From: Eledone cirrhosa
Lineage: Eukaryota
Length of the DNA stretch: 64,000 nucleotides
Reading direction: 5' to 3'
Assembly: GCA_964016885.1 (NCBI GenBank)
Contig: CAXHJY010000497.1
Span: 1 to 64,000, forward strand
The translations under genes were made by a program, and so were the position numbers. The notes beneath the pieces are model-generated. The model was not told the DNA's origin and searched no databases. It saw only the letters and a program-made list of their open reading frames with translations. Shown piece by piece: positions 26,173-48,086 of the stretch; the first letter of the stretch is position 1, and every line of letters begins with the position of its first letter.

Positions 26173-28018
26173 TTAATTGTAAGTTGTGATGTTGCTGTTC
26201 CACTCATATTTTCTATTTAATTTTGGTTTTAATTCTTTTATGCTTACTGCCTCTGTAATTTGCCTAAACATTGCGTCTTTCTTGTGTGTGGATTCTATTT
26301 TTATTTCTATGCTCTCTAATTTACCCCTGTGTTCTATCTTAGCATGTTGGTAGAGCACAGATGATTCTTTACTATCTTGGAGGTCTCGCCAGTGTTCATT
26401 TATTCGTTCCCCTATACTACGAGCTGTCTCACCTATGTACACTATATTTTTGTTTCTACATTGTCCCTCAGTACATCTTATGCTATATACTACATTTCTA
26501 GTTTTACAGTTAATATGGGGGCTTATTTTACAGGTTATACATTTCTTATCTATACATGAGGGTCTTTGGAACGGGTATGTCTTGCTAATAAGTGTTTTTA
26601 CGGAGGTACCAGGTCTTTCTACTATCTTAATATTGAGATTATGTTTCTTTAGGGCCCTTCTAAATTTGTAGGCTAGTTCACCTCTAGGGGTTGTATTGAT
26701 GAACATTACACTCTGGTATTTATTGCTATCATACCATGAGTTTATTCTATTGGCCTTGTTCTTAGTTCTTTCTATTCTATTCCAAAATTTGCTCCTATAC
26801 AAGGGGCAGGTCCCATTTATGTCATTATTTACCATTTTTTCCCATTTGGTTCTGGCTCCTTTATACACTCTGATTCTATCTCTCTGATTGTAGCCAGAGA
26901 ATTGCATACGGTGGATGAAGTGTTGTATGTGTCTCTCTAGTTCTTCGGGGTTGCACATGCGGGACACATTTCTCATCACCCGTATCAAATCCGCAATCAG
27001 TATGTTGATTTTGGTATGGTCCGAAATGGCCGAGTTTCGGTGGATCAGATGTTTGGAAGTCATGGGTTTGGCATAATGGGAATGGAGGATTTGTTTTTGG
27101 TTGTTAATAGTATCTAACCAGAGCTCTGTGTCTAGTACAGGTAATCGATGGTTGGGGTGTCTACTTGGGTAGTCTATAGTAACTCTAATGCTCTGGTGGA
27201 TGGAGTTTGCTATTTGCTGGATGCTTTCCATTGTGTTTTTCTCAGGTTCCTGACTGTTCTTTAGTGGGGGTGTCTTAACTACGATGTTTATATCATCTAC
27301 GTAGCGGGAGTACATTATCAGGGTTAATCTGTCTTCTAATTGTTCTTTAAGTTTTTGTTTAAGTCTACTGTCCCACCATACCATGAACAAGTTAGCTATG
27401 TCGCCTGCAATGCTAACACCAATGGCTGCTCCTTCCTCTTGGGCATATGTTTTACCATTAAATTTGAACATATGTTCCTTAAGGGTTAATTTTATGCTGG
27501 CCCCTACCGCATGTGCAATCATTTTCTTCAGTTCATCGTGGTTTTCGGGTGTCCGTATGGCTCTGGTCCACCCGTTCCATCTATCTGTGTGGGTTTTCTT
27601 GGCCATTGAGGTAATGGTAGGTGGTCTGCCTCTTGCTGGTCTTGTAGGGCACAGGTTGCTAAGGTCATAAGTGTCTAGGTAACTATTACTATGGGTAAGC
27701 TTAAGTAGAAGTCCCAGCTCACTGGTATCAATCCCACGGAACTCAACCTTGCTCTCGCTGATCATTTCGACGCATTTCTCCACAGCAAAATCCATGTCAA
27801 TAGATGGATACAGGGACACAACATCCATACTGCCTATTATGCAGTTTGTTAGGTCCCCAGATCGGTTACCCGCGTCGATTCTGCTGAGGAGGTCCTCCGT
27901 GCTGTCACACACATCTGGGGACATCTCAATGATGGGGCGTATGATCAGGGAGAGGAAGTAGGACAGTCTGTAGTTACTAGCAATGTTAGCCCCACAGACT
28001 GGCCGTGTTGGTGGTCCC
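26173..28018 (-). CDS. PLE reverse transcriptase + GIY-YIG endonuclease; uninterrupted but 5'-truncated
   Basis: 583-aa ORF (26173..27924) with SMDVVSLYPSID, QEEGAAIG, YSRYVDD, Cys-rich linker CIDKKCITC..C and NVVYSIRC..C..VYIGET..R..EH. Confidence 0.9.
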
Positions 28019-28947
28019 CAAAAACAAATCCTCCATTCCCATTATGCCAAACCCATGACTTCCAAACATCTGATCCACCGAAACTCGGCCATTTCGGACC
28101 ATACCAAAATCAACATACTGATTGCGGATTTGATACGGGTGATGAGAAATGTGTCCCGCATGTGCAACCCCGAAGAACTAGAGAGACACATACAACACTT
28201 CATCCACCGTATGCAATTCTCTGGCTACAATCAGAGAGATAGAATCAGAGTGTATAAAGGAGCCAGAACCAAATGGGAAAAAATGGTAAATAATGACATA
28301 AATGGGACCTGCCCCTTGTATAGGAGCAAATTTTGGAATAGAATAGAAAGAACTAAGAACAAGGCCAATAGAATAAACTCATGGTATGATAGCAATAAAT
28401 ACCAGAGTGTAATGTTCATCAATACAACCCCTAGAGGTGAACTAGCCTACAAATTTAGAAGGGCCCTAAAGAAACATAATCTCAATATTAAGATAGTAGA
28501 AAGACCTGGTACCTCCGTAAAAACACTTATTAGCAAGACATACCCGTTCCAAAGACCCTCATGTATAGATAAGAAATGTATAACCTGTAAAATAAGCCCC
28601 CATATTAACTGTAAAACTAGAAATGTAGTATATAGCATAAGATGTACTGAGGGACAATGTAGAAAACAAAAATATAGTGTACATAGGTGAGGACAGCTCG
28701 TAGTATAGGGGAACGAATAAATGAACACTGGCGAGACCTCCAAGATAGTAAAGAATCATCTGTGCTCTACCAACATGCTAAGATAGAACACAGGGGTAAA
28801 TTAGAGAGCATAGAAATAAAAATAGAATCCACACACAAGAAAGACGCAATGTTTAGGCAAATTACAGAGGCAGTAAGCATAAAAGAATTAAAACCAAAAT
28901 TAAATAGAAAATATGAGTGGAACAGCAACATCACAACTTACAATTAA
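28018..28947 (+). pseudogene. 3' part of the PLE ORF with frameshifts near 28665-28690
   Basis: ORFs 27983..28690 and 28687..28947. Confidence 0.88.
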
Positions 28948-29503
28948 GGACAAAATGAAACACACACACACATATATAAACAACTTACAATTGAAAACAC
29001 ACACAAAATGAAAACACACACAAGACAAAATGAAAACACACACACACATAGAACAAACAACCAACCAACAATAAATAAATAAATAAACAAACAAATATAA
29101 ATAGAAAAATAGAAAAATGAACACAAACACACACAGACACCCGGATGTGGCGCATGCGCAAACTGAGCACGCAACCCACACACAAACAAAATGGCGTAGG
29201 ATAGAAGAAAGGAAAGGCACAGAAACGAAGAAAGAAATCCCCAGTCACTGAAGAGGTCACAGAGTGTGTGACGAAAGAACTATGACTATATATATATAAA
29301 CAACTATCTGGTTGTGGAACCAACCAACCAACCAGAAATTTATAAATTTGTAAATTTATAAATATATATTAAATTAAATTGAAGTGAAAGCAACTGGTGC
29401 GTGTGTTTCTTATTGGCAACATGACCCTCCCAAAGTATAACAATATCGGTTTCAACACACGATTTCAGATAAAGAATCTTGCTAAACAAATTCAGAAACG
29501 AAA

Positions 29504-38860
<9,357 letters not shown>

Positions 38861-41572
38861 TCATCATCATCATCATCATCATCATCAGGTTTAGCGTCCG
38901 TGTTCCACGCTTGCATGGGTTTGGACGGGGGTTTTCCCACTTGAGGCAAGAGTGGTTGTCTTGCTCGCATAGGACTGTCTGGCGGGTTTTCTACAGTTGG
39001 ATGCCCTTCCTAACACCAACCACATTTACAGTGTGGGGCTGGGAGGTTTTTACCGTGTTGCCTACACGGCCACATTACAGCGTCGACTGTCTGGCGGGTT
39101 TTCTACAGCTGGATGCCCTTCCTAACACCAACCACATTTACAGTGTGGGGCTGGGAGGTTTTTACCGTGTTGCCTACACGGCCACATTTACAGCGTGGAC
39201 TGTGTGTTTTTTGTCGTGACACCTACACGATCTCATTTGTTTCGGCCTGGATGTTGTGGGACCAACATAACTTTACATTGAAAGGGGCGGTGTGGGTGGG
39301 GTGGAGGGTGGTGGGACGGGGGTGTGTTTTGATAGAGATGCCTACTGACTGTAGTAGGTTTTTACTTTGTATTTAGGTAAGGCGGGTCTTCTCTATTACT
39401 GAGTACCGCCAAAGGTCTCGGTCCAGTGACATTGTCTTGGAGAGGTGTAAGCGTGTGAGGTCGGAATTTATCAGCTCGTCCCATGTTTTTCTGGGTCTGC
39501 CTACTCCGTGGCTACCGTCTATCTTTATTGCCCTGCACTTTCTTATACAGCTGTCGTCTTTCATGCGCATCACGTGACCGTACCAACGTAGCCTTCTCTC
39601 GAGTAAACAACATCTGATCCCTCTTATTTCTAATTTTTTCCTTAGTTCGTTTATGCTTTGCCGTTCACGTATATTACTATTGCACATCCAGCGGAGCATG
39701 CAAGCTTCGTTCCTCTCTATTCTGCGTATATCCTCTGCACACAATGCCCAGGTCTCACTGCCATGCAGCATTGCTGTTCGTATGCAGGCATCGTATAACC
39801 TGCCTTTCATTTTTAGGGAGAACCCTCTAGCGGCTAATAGTGGTATAAGCTCTCTGAACTTTTTCCATCCAGTTCTGACTCTAGCTACTGTACTTTCAGA
39901 GCACCCTCCCCCACTGCTGATTTTGTCACCCAGATAACGGAAGCTGTCCACTATTTCTATAGAACCCTCTGCGCAGTTGAAGGGGCTAGTATTTTGTGGG
40001 CACTTGCTGCTACTTATTGCACCAGAGCACCGGCCACATGTAAAATCTATGTTCTTAGTTAGCTTACCTGTGATCCCACTACATCTTTTATGCACCCATA
40101 CTTTGCATTTGGGACATAAAATGGAGTTTCTACCTACGCCTTTCCTACACACTGAGCATGGCCATTTCCCCGATGGGACCGCCGCCTTATTTTCTTTCCT
40201 ACAAACTAGAACTTTAGTCTTAGCCAGGTTAATTTTAAGGCCTTTTGATTCTAGGCCGTGCTTCCACGTTTGGAATTTCTTCTCTAGTTCGGTCATTGAT
40301 TCAGCTATGAGCGTTAGATCATCTGCGTATAGGAGTTCCCATGGGCAGCCGGTCTTGAACTCCTCTGTTATAGCCTGAAGGGCAATAATAAATAGTAGGG
40401 GGCTAAGAACAGAGCCCTGATGGACACAAACTTTTACGCTAAACTCTTCACTATATTCGTTGTTAATTCTAACCTTACTGACTGTTTCTTTATACATGGT
40501 TTGTATAGCTCTCACAAGCCATTCGTCAACACCTAGTTTTCTAAGAGACCACCAGATAATGGAACGGGGGACTCTGTCGAAGGCTTTCTCCAAGTCGACG
40601 AAAGCTAAGTATAGGGGTTTACTTTTAGCTAGGTACTTCTCCTGTAGTTGTCGTACAATGAAAAGAGCGTCTGTGGTACTTTTGCCTGACACAAACCCGA
40701 ACTGCATTTCATCTAGATCAATTCTCTCTCTGATTAGTTGCGCTATTACTTTTTCCGTGACCTTCATGACCTGGTCGATTAATTTAATGCCTCTATAGTT
40801 ACTCCTGTCTAGGGCATCTCCTTTTCCCTTATAGCAGTTAACGATGATGCTGCTACGCCATTCCTTCGGAACAACCCCATTCTGTACGACTTGGTTAACT
40901 ATCCGGGTGACCATGGTGTGTCCCACCGAACCAGATGCCTTCAGCATCTCAGCAACTATTTCCGAAGGCCCAGCCGCCTTACCCGTCTTCATATCTTTGA
41001 TTGCCTTACTTATTATACTACCTTCAACTAACACTGCTGGTCCCTCTATTGGATCGATCTGGGGGAGACTGTCTTTCTCCCATTTGTTCTCCTCATTTAG
41101 AAGCCTTTCGTAGTGACACTTCCAAGCTACCTTCTTATCAGCGTCGGTGATGGCAAGTATGCAATCATCGTTAAGTACACACTTCTCCCCGACAATATCA
41201 CGGTTTTCCTTGACACATTGCCTGGCAATCCTGAACACCTCACGTTTTTGGTCCTCACGTTGTAGAACATGCTTGAACTTTCTTTCCTCTGCTTCCCTTC
41301 TTGCGAAGTACACTTGTCTCCTAGCTTCCCTCCTGGCCACTTGATAGTCTTCTCTACTTCCCCCATCCCGCCATACTTTCCAAGCCTGCTTTTTGGCCTT
41401 AATTGACTCCTCCACCTTACTGTTCCACCACCATGTTACTCTCCTCCTACCTACAGGCCTGCTCCAGCCACAGACTTCGTCTGCCGCCGTCAGCAGGTTT
41501 GCTCTCAGGAATTCCCACTGTTCCTCTATATTATACGACTCTAATTGCTCTTCCTTACTGTCGAAAGCGTCT
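38861..41572 (-). mobile_element. 5'-truncated RTE-clade LINE (family A) with a (GAT)n tail
   Basis: Open RT frame 39373-41572 ([51 protein letters not shown]); ~490-nt 3' UTR; tail at 38861-38886. Confidence 0.93.
38973..39196. repeat. 112-bp tandem duplication in the RTE-A 3' UTR
   Basis: GACTGTCTGGCGGG at 38973 and 39085; the segment is single-copy in the sister element near 47070. Confidence 0.9.
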
Positions 41573-41625
41573 ATACATATACATATATATACATATACAT
41601 ATATATACATATACATATATATACA

Positions 41626-41663
<38 letters not shown>

Positions 41664-41682
41664 CATATATATATACATATAC

Positions 41683-41737
<55 letters not shown>

Positions 41738-41749
41738 CATATATATACA

Positions 41750-41825
<76 letters not shown>

Positions 41826-42023
41826 TCATCATCATCATCATCATTTCATTTTACGTCCGCTTTTCCCTGCTTGCAAGGGTGGGACGGGAACTGATTCTGG
41901 CTTGATTTCTACAGCTGGATGCCCTTCCTAACACCAACCTCATTTACAGTGAGTGCTGGGTGCTTTTTTGCCGTGGCACCTCCACGACCACTTTGCAGTG
42001 GAATGATAGGGACCCCAGTCCCT
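41826..42023 (-). mobile_element. Short non-autonomous RTE-related (bipartite) element
   Basis: (GAT)n tail; 3' end nearly identical to the RTE-B terminus (TTTACGTCCGCT.TTCCCTGCTTGCAAGGGTGGGACGGG); also carries the GGATGCCCTTCCTAACACCA motif of the RTE-B 5' UTR. Confidence 0.75.
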
Positions 42024-42026
42024 ATG

Positions 42027-42218
<192 letters not shown>

Positions 42219-42279
42219 CATATATATATATACATATATATATATACACATATATATATATATACATATATATATATAC

Positions 42280-42354
<75 letters not shown>

Positions 42355-42409
42355 GATATATATATATATATAGATATATATATATATATATATATAGATA
42401 TATATATAT

Positions 42410-42480
<71 letters not shown>

Positions 42481-42505
42481 GATATATATATATACATATA
42501 CACAT

Positions 42506-42582
<77 letters not shown>

Positions 42583-42599
42583 CATATACATATATATAT

Positions 42600-42661
42600 C
42601 CACCCTTGCAAGCAGGGAAAAGCGGACGTAAAATGATGATGATGATGATGATGATGATGAT
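42600..42661 (+). mobile_element. Extremely truncated RTE 3' end plus (GAT)n tail
   Basis: CCACCCTTGCAAGCAGGGAAAAGCGGACGTAAAA followed by (TGA)n. Confidence 0.85.
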
Positions 42662-42694
42662 ATATACATATATATATATATATACATATACATA

Positions 42695-43725
42695 TAACTT
42701 TGAATAACTTTGAAATGTTTTGGCCAGTATTGGCCCAGGCCATGTCTAACTTAATAGCACCACCTGGCGAAGTCTTTCAATTCAGGATTTGGGCACCATG
42801 GCCCATTCGAGAAGAGAATTACTGTTTGCGGAGACATATCCGGGTGTGGGTGGTTTGTCCGGGATTACTTGGAGGAATTTGTCCAAAGACTTCTTGAATT
42901 TTGTGTGGTCAGTTTCTGTTTTGACGTGTCCTGGTGTGATGTTGAAGAGAGCAGGGCCGATTGAGGTGAAATAATTGTGCCGTATTGTTGTTATGAGTTG
43001 CGATTTAGATTTTTGAATGGGACGGATAGCACGGGGCCCAAGCCTTGGGTGTATCTTGAAGGCGATGCCAACATCATTTGGGCAGTGATGATGGAACATT
43101 TTCCACATCATGCAGATAATATAACGCTCACGGCGACGTTGGAGTGAGTAAAGTTTCAGGTTTTCCAATCGACCCCAGTAGTCAAGGTCTGACATGCCAT
43201 CTATCTTTTTCGTGATTGCCCTTTGAGGAGCTTCAAGTTTCATGATACTTTGTTTCGTGTGGGGAGACCACAGTGGACAACAGTATTCAAGGTGTGGTCG
43301 GGCGAAAGTAGAGAAGAGAAGGATAATGGTGCGGGAATCTCTCGACTGGAAGGTTCTGAGGATCCAGGAACACATTCTGCGGGCCATGTCAACTTTGCTG
43401 CTTATATGCGTGGTCCAGCTTATGTTGCTGTCCACGGTTACTCCCAAGTCTCTGATGTTGTTAGATGCCACGAGAGTTTCCCCGGAGGGAAGGGAGTACG
43501 GGAGTTTCAGAGCATCCTCTTTTCCAAAGTGGATCAGTTCGAATTTGTCCTCGTTCAGTAACATGTTGTTCTTTTCTGCCCATTGGGTAACAGCCAGTAG
43601 GTCTGACTGAAGGCTTATCCGGTCATCCACGCCATTGATGACCTTTTGGAGCTTGGAATCATCAGCGAAAATTTTAATGTTGCTGTGTTTGATGATGTCA
43701 GTGATGTCATTAATATAGATGATGA
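42695..43725 (-). mobile_element. 5'-truncated CR1-group LINE (family A)
   Basis: [23 protein letters not shown]; nearly identical to 57144-58175; (TTCAAAGTTA)n tail. Confidence 0.92.
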
Positions 43726-43736
43726 TATATACATAC

Positions 43737-43768
<32 letters not shown>

Positions 43769-43852
43769 ACATATACATATATATACATATATATATATAC
43801 ATATATATATATACATATATATACATATATATATATACATATATATATATAC

Positions 43853-43895
<43 letters not shown>

Positions 43896-43976
43896 TATAC
43901 ATATATATATATATACATATATATATACATATATATACATATATATATATATACATATATATATACATATATATAC

Positions 43977-44007
<31 letters not shown>

Positions 44008-44101
44008 CATATATATATATACATATATATACATATATATATATATACATATATATATACATATATATATATACATATATATACATATATATATATACAT
44101 A

Positions 44102-45434
44102 TACTCTTTTACTCTTTTACCTGTTTCAGCCATCCGGCTGAGGCCATGTTGGGGCACCGCCCTTGTTGCTACACATTTTATCTCCAGCCTGTATAGGTTG
44201 GCCACTGGTGTAGGAGGGAGTTTGTTGCTGCTGCCCTTAGGTTTCCCTCGTGTCTTGCTGTGGGCTCATCCGGGATCCTGGATAACAAGGTGTCGAGATG
44301 TTTCTTAAAGACATCCACCTCCACGTCATGCAAGTCTCGCAGATGCCTCGGCAGCCTGTTGAAGAGTTGAGGGCCCTTGAATCCCAGGCTATTGCAATAC
44401 CTGCTCCTTATTCTAGATGTGGAAGACGGGACCTTTGGCACCACACAGTGACGTCCTGTTCGACGGTTGGTCCAGCTCCCAATGCCAAAGTTTGGTGCTA
44501 GTCCCTCCAGGACTATCTTCCACATGTAGATATCTTCCACATGTAGATCACTGCGTATCTCTCCCGTCTTCGCTCCAAGGAGTAGAGGTTCAGTTCCTTC
44601 AGCCTCTCCCAGTAGCTTGTCTCCCTCATCTTGGCAATCCTCTTGGTGTAGCTTCGCTGGATTGCCTCAAGCTCTGTGGTTAGTTTGACACTATGGGGTG
44701 ACCACAGCTGGGAGCAGTAGTCCAGGCGGCTTAGGACAAAAGTCCTCCACAGTGTCAACATGGTGTCTCGATCTCTTGTAAGGAAAGTCCTCAAGATCCA
44801 GCCAGCGAATCGTCTACATGCTGTCGCCACCTTCATGATGTGTGAAGAAAAAGATGCATCATCACTCATGTCTATGCCCAGGTCTCGTATCGATTTTGAC
44901 ACGGGGATATCGGTCCCTCCTGGTCCTGTGTAGCTGTGTTCCACTATATTTGTGTTTGTGTTTGCAGGTGTGTATTGTAGGGCTTGGAATTTGCCAGCAT
45001 TAAACTGCATGTTGTTTTCTTCCGCCCATCTGTATATGGCATCCAGATCCTGCTGTAAGAGGGCAGTGTCAGCCGGGTTTTTGATTGCCTGTGCTACCTT
45101 AGTATCATCAGCATAGCTAGTGAGGGATGTTGTTGCATGCACCACAGAGGGCATGTCCGAGAGAGCCACCAAAAACAGTAGTGGTCCCAGGACTGTCCCC
45201 TGAGGCACCCCACTTGTTATCGGTGTTTCCCTCGAGAGGGCCCCATTTGCTGCAACTGCCTGGCTTCTGTCCCTTAGGAAGCCATGCAGCCACTCAGCTA
45301 CTTTTCCAGTTATGCCGAGTCCGTGTAGTTTGTGACATATCATTCCGTGGTCGACCTTGTCAAAGGCCTTCGCAAAGTCAAGATATATCACGTCTACATG
45401 TGAGCTGTCTAGTAGTTGTCTCAGTACCCAGTCG
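44102..45434 (-). mobile_element. 5'-truncated CR1-group LINE (family B), frameshifted by a 17-bp duplication at 44514-44547
   Basis: [44 protein letters not shown]; (TAAAAGAG)n tail. Confidence 0.92.
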
Positions 45435-45487
45435 TATATACATATATATATAAACATATATATATATATATACATATATATATAAAC

Positions 45488-45518
<31 letters not shown>

Positions 45519-45521
45519 AAC

Positions 45522-45552
<31 letters not shown>

Positions 45553-45585
45553 CATATATATATAAACATATATATATATATAAAC

Positions 45586-45634
<49 letters not shown>

Positions 45635-45637
45635 AAC

Positions 45638-45670
<33 letters not shown>

Positions 45671-45769
45671 CACATATATATATATATACACATATATATA
45701 TATATACACATATATATATATATACACATATATATATATACACATATATATATATACATATATATATAC

Positions 45770-45811
<42 letters not shown>

Positions 45812-45867
45812 ATATACATATATATATACATATATACATATACATATATATATACATATATATATAC

Positions 45868-45899
<32 letters not shown>

Positions 45900-46361
45900 A
45901 CATATATATACATATATATATATATACATATACATATATATACATATATATATATATACATATACATATATATACATATACATATATATACATATACATA
46001 TATATACATATATATACATATACATATATATACATATACATATATATACATATATATACATATACATATATATATACATATATATATATACATATATATA
46101 TATACATATATATATATACATATATATATATACATATACATATATACATATATATATATACATATATATATATACATATATATATATACATATATATATA
46201 TACATATATATATATACATATATATATATACATATACATATATACATATACCTATATACATATATACATATATATACATATATACATACATATATATACA
46301 TATATACATATATATATATACATATATATATATACATATATATATATACATATATATATAC

Positions 46362-46392
<31 letters not shown>

Positions 46393-46477
46393 CATATATA
46401 TATACATATATATATACATATATATATACATATATATATACATATATATATACATATATATATATATACATATATAC

Positions 46478-46548
<71 letters not shown>

Positions 46549-46739
46549 CATATATATATACATATATATATACATATATATACATATATATATACATATA
46601 TATACATATATATATACATATATATATACATATATATACATATATATATACATATATATATACATATATATATACATATATATATACATATATATACACA
46701 TATATATATACATATATATATACATATATATACATATAT

Positions 46740-46776
<37 letters not shown>

Positions 46777-46960
46777 TACATATATACATATACATATATA
46801 CATATATACATATACATATATATATACATATATATATACATATATATATACATATATATATACATATATATATACATATATATATACATATATATACATA
46901 TATATATATACATATATATATACATATATATATACATACATATATATATACATATATATA

Positions 46961-47966
46961 TCATCATCATCATCATCATCAACGTTTAACGTCCGTGTTC
47001 CACGCTTGCATGGGTTTGGACGGGGGTAGTCCCACTTGAGGCAAGAGTGATTGTCTTGCTCGCATAGGACTGTCTGGCAGGTTTTCTACAGTTGGATGCC
47101 CTTCCTAACACCAACCACATTTACAGTGTGGGTCTGGGAGGTTTTTACCGTGTTGCCTACACGGCCACATTACAGCGTGGACTGTGTGTTTTTTTGTCGT
47201 GACACCTACACGATCTCATTTGTTTCGGCCTCGATGGCGCGGCACCAACATAACTTTACATAGAACGGGGTGGTGTGGATGGGGTGGGGGTGGTGGTGGT
47301 GGGACGGGGTGTATTTTGTTAGAGATGCCTACTGGCTGGAGTAGGTTTTACTATATATTTAGGTAAGGCGGGTCTTCTCTGTTACTGAGTACCGCCAAAG
47401 GTCTCGGTCCAGTGACATTGTCTTGGAGAGGTGTAAGTGTGTGATGTCGGAGTTTATCAGCTCGTCCCAGGTTTTTCTAGGTCTGCCTATTCCGTGACTA
47501 CCGTCTATCTTTATTGCCCTGCACTTTGTTATACAGCTATCGACTTTCATGCGCATCACGTGTCCATACCAACGTAGCCTTCTCTCGAGTAAACAACATC
47601 TGATCCCTCTTATCTCTAATTTTTTCCTTAGTTCGTTTATGCTTTGCCGTTCACGTATATTACTGTTACACATCCAGCGGAGCATGCAAGCTTCGTTCCT
47701 CTCTAGTCTGCGTATATCCTCTGCACACAATGCCCAGGTCTCACTTCCATGCAGCATTGCTGTTCGTATGCAGGCATCGTACAACCTGCCTTTCATTTTT
47801 AGTGAGAACCCTTTAGCAGCTAATAGTGGTATAAGCTCTCTGAACTTTTTCCAACCAGTTCTGACTCTAGCTACAGTACTTTCAGAGCACCCTCCCCCAC
47901 TGCTGATTTTATCGCCCAGGTAACGGAAGCTGTCCACTATTTCTATAGAACCCTCTGCGCAATTGA
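46961..47966 (-). mobile_element. 5'-truncated RTE LINE (family A, second copy)
   Basis: The C-terminal frame is nearly identical to 39373-39975; same 3' UTR and (GAT)n tail. Confidence 0.93.
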
Positions 47967-48086
47967 TATATACATATATATATACATATATATACACATA
48001 TATATATACATATATATATACATATATATACATATATATACATATAATATATATACATATATATACATATAATATATATACATATA

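Larger units (their letters stand above)
25676..29503. mobile_element. Penelope-like element, copy 3: - arm (25676-28018) fused 5'-to-5' to a + arm (28018-29503)
   Basis: Inverted arms, both 3' ends in (TA)n; the right arm has a ~57-nt longer 3' end, also seen at 6431-6488. Confidence 0.93.
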
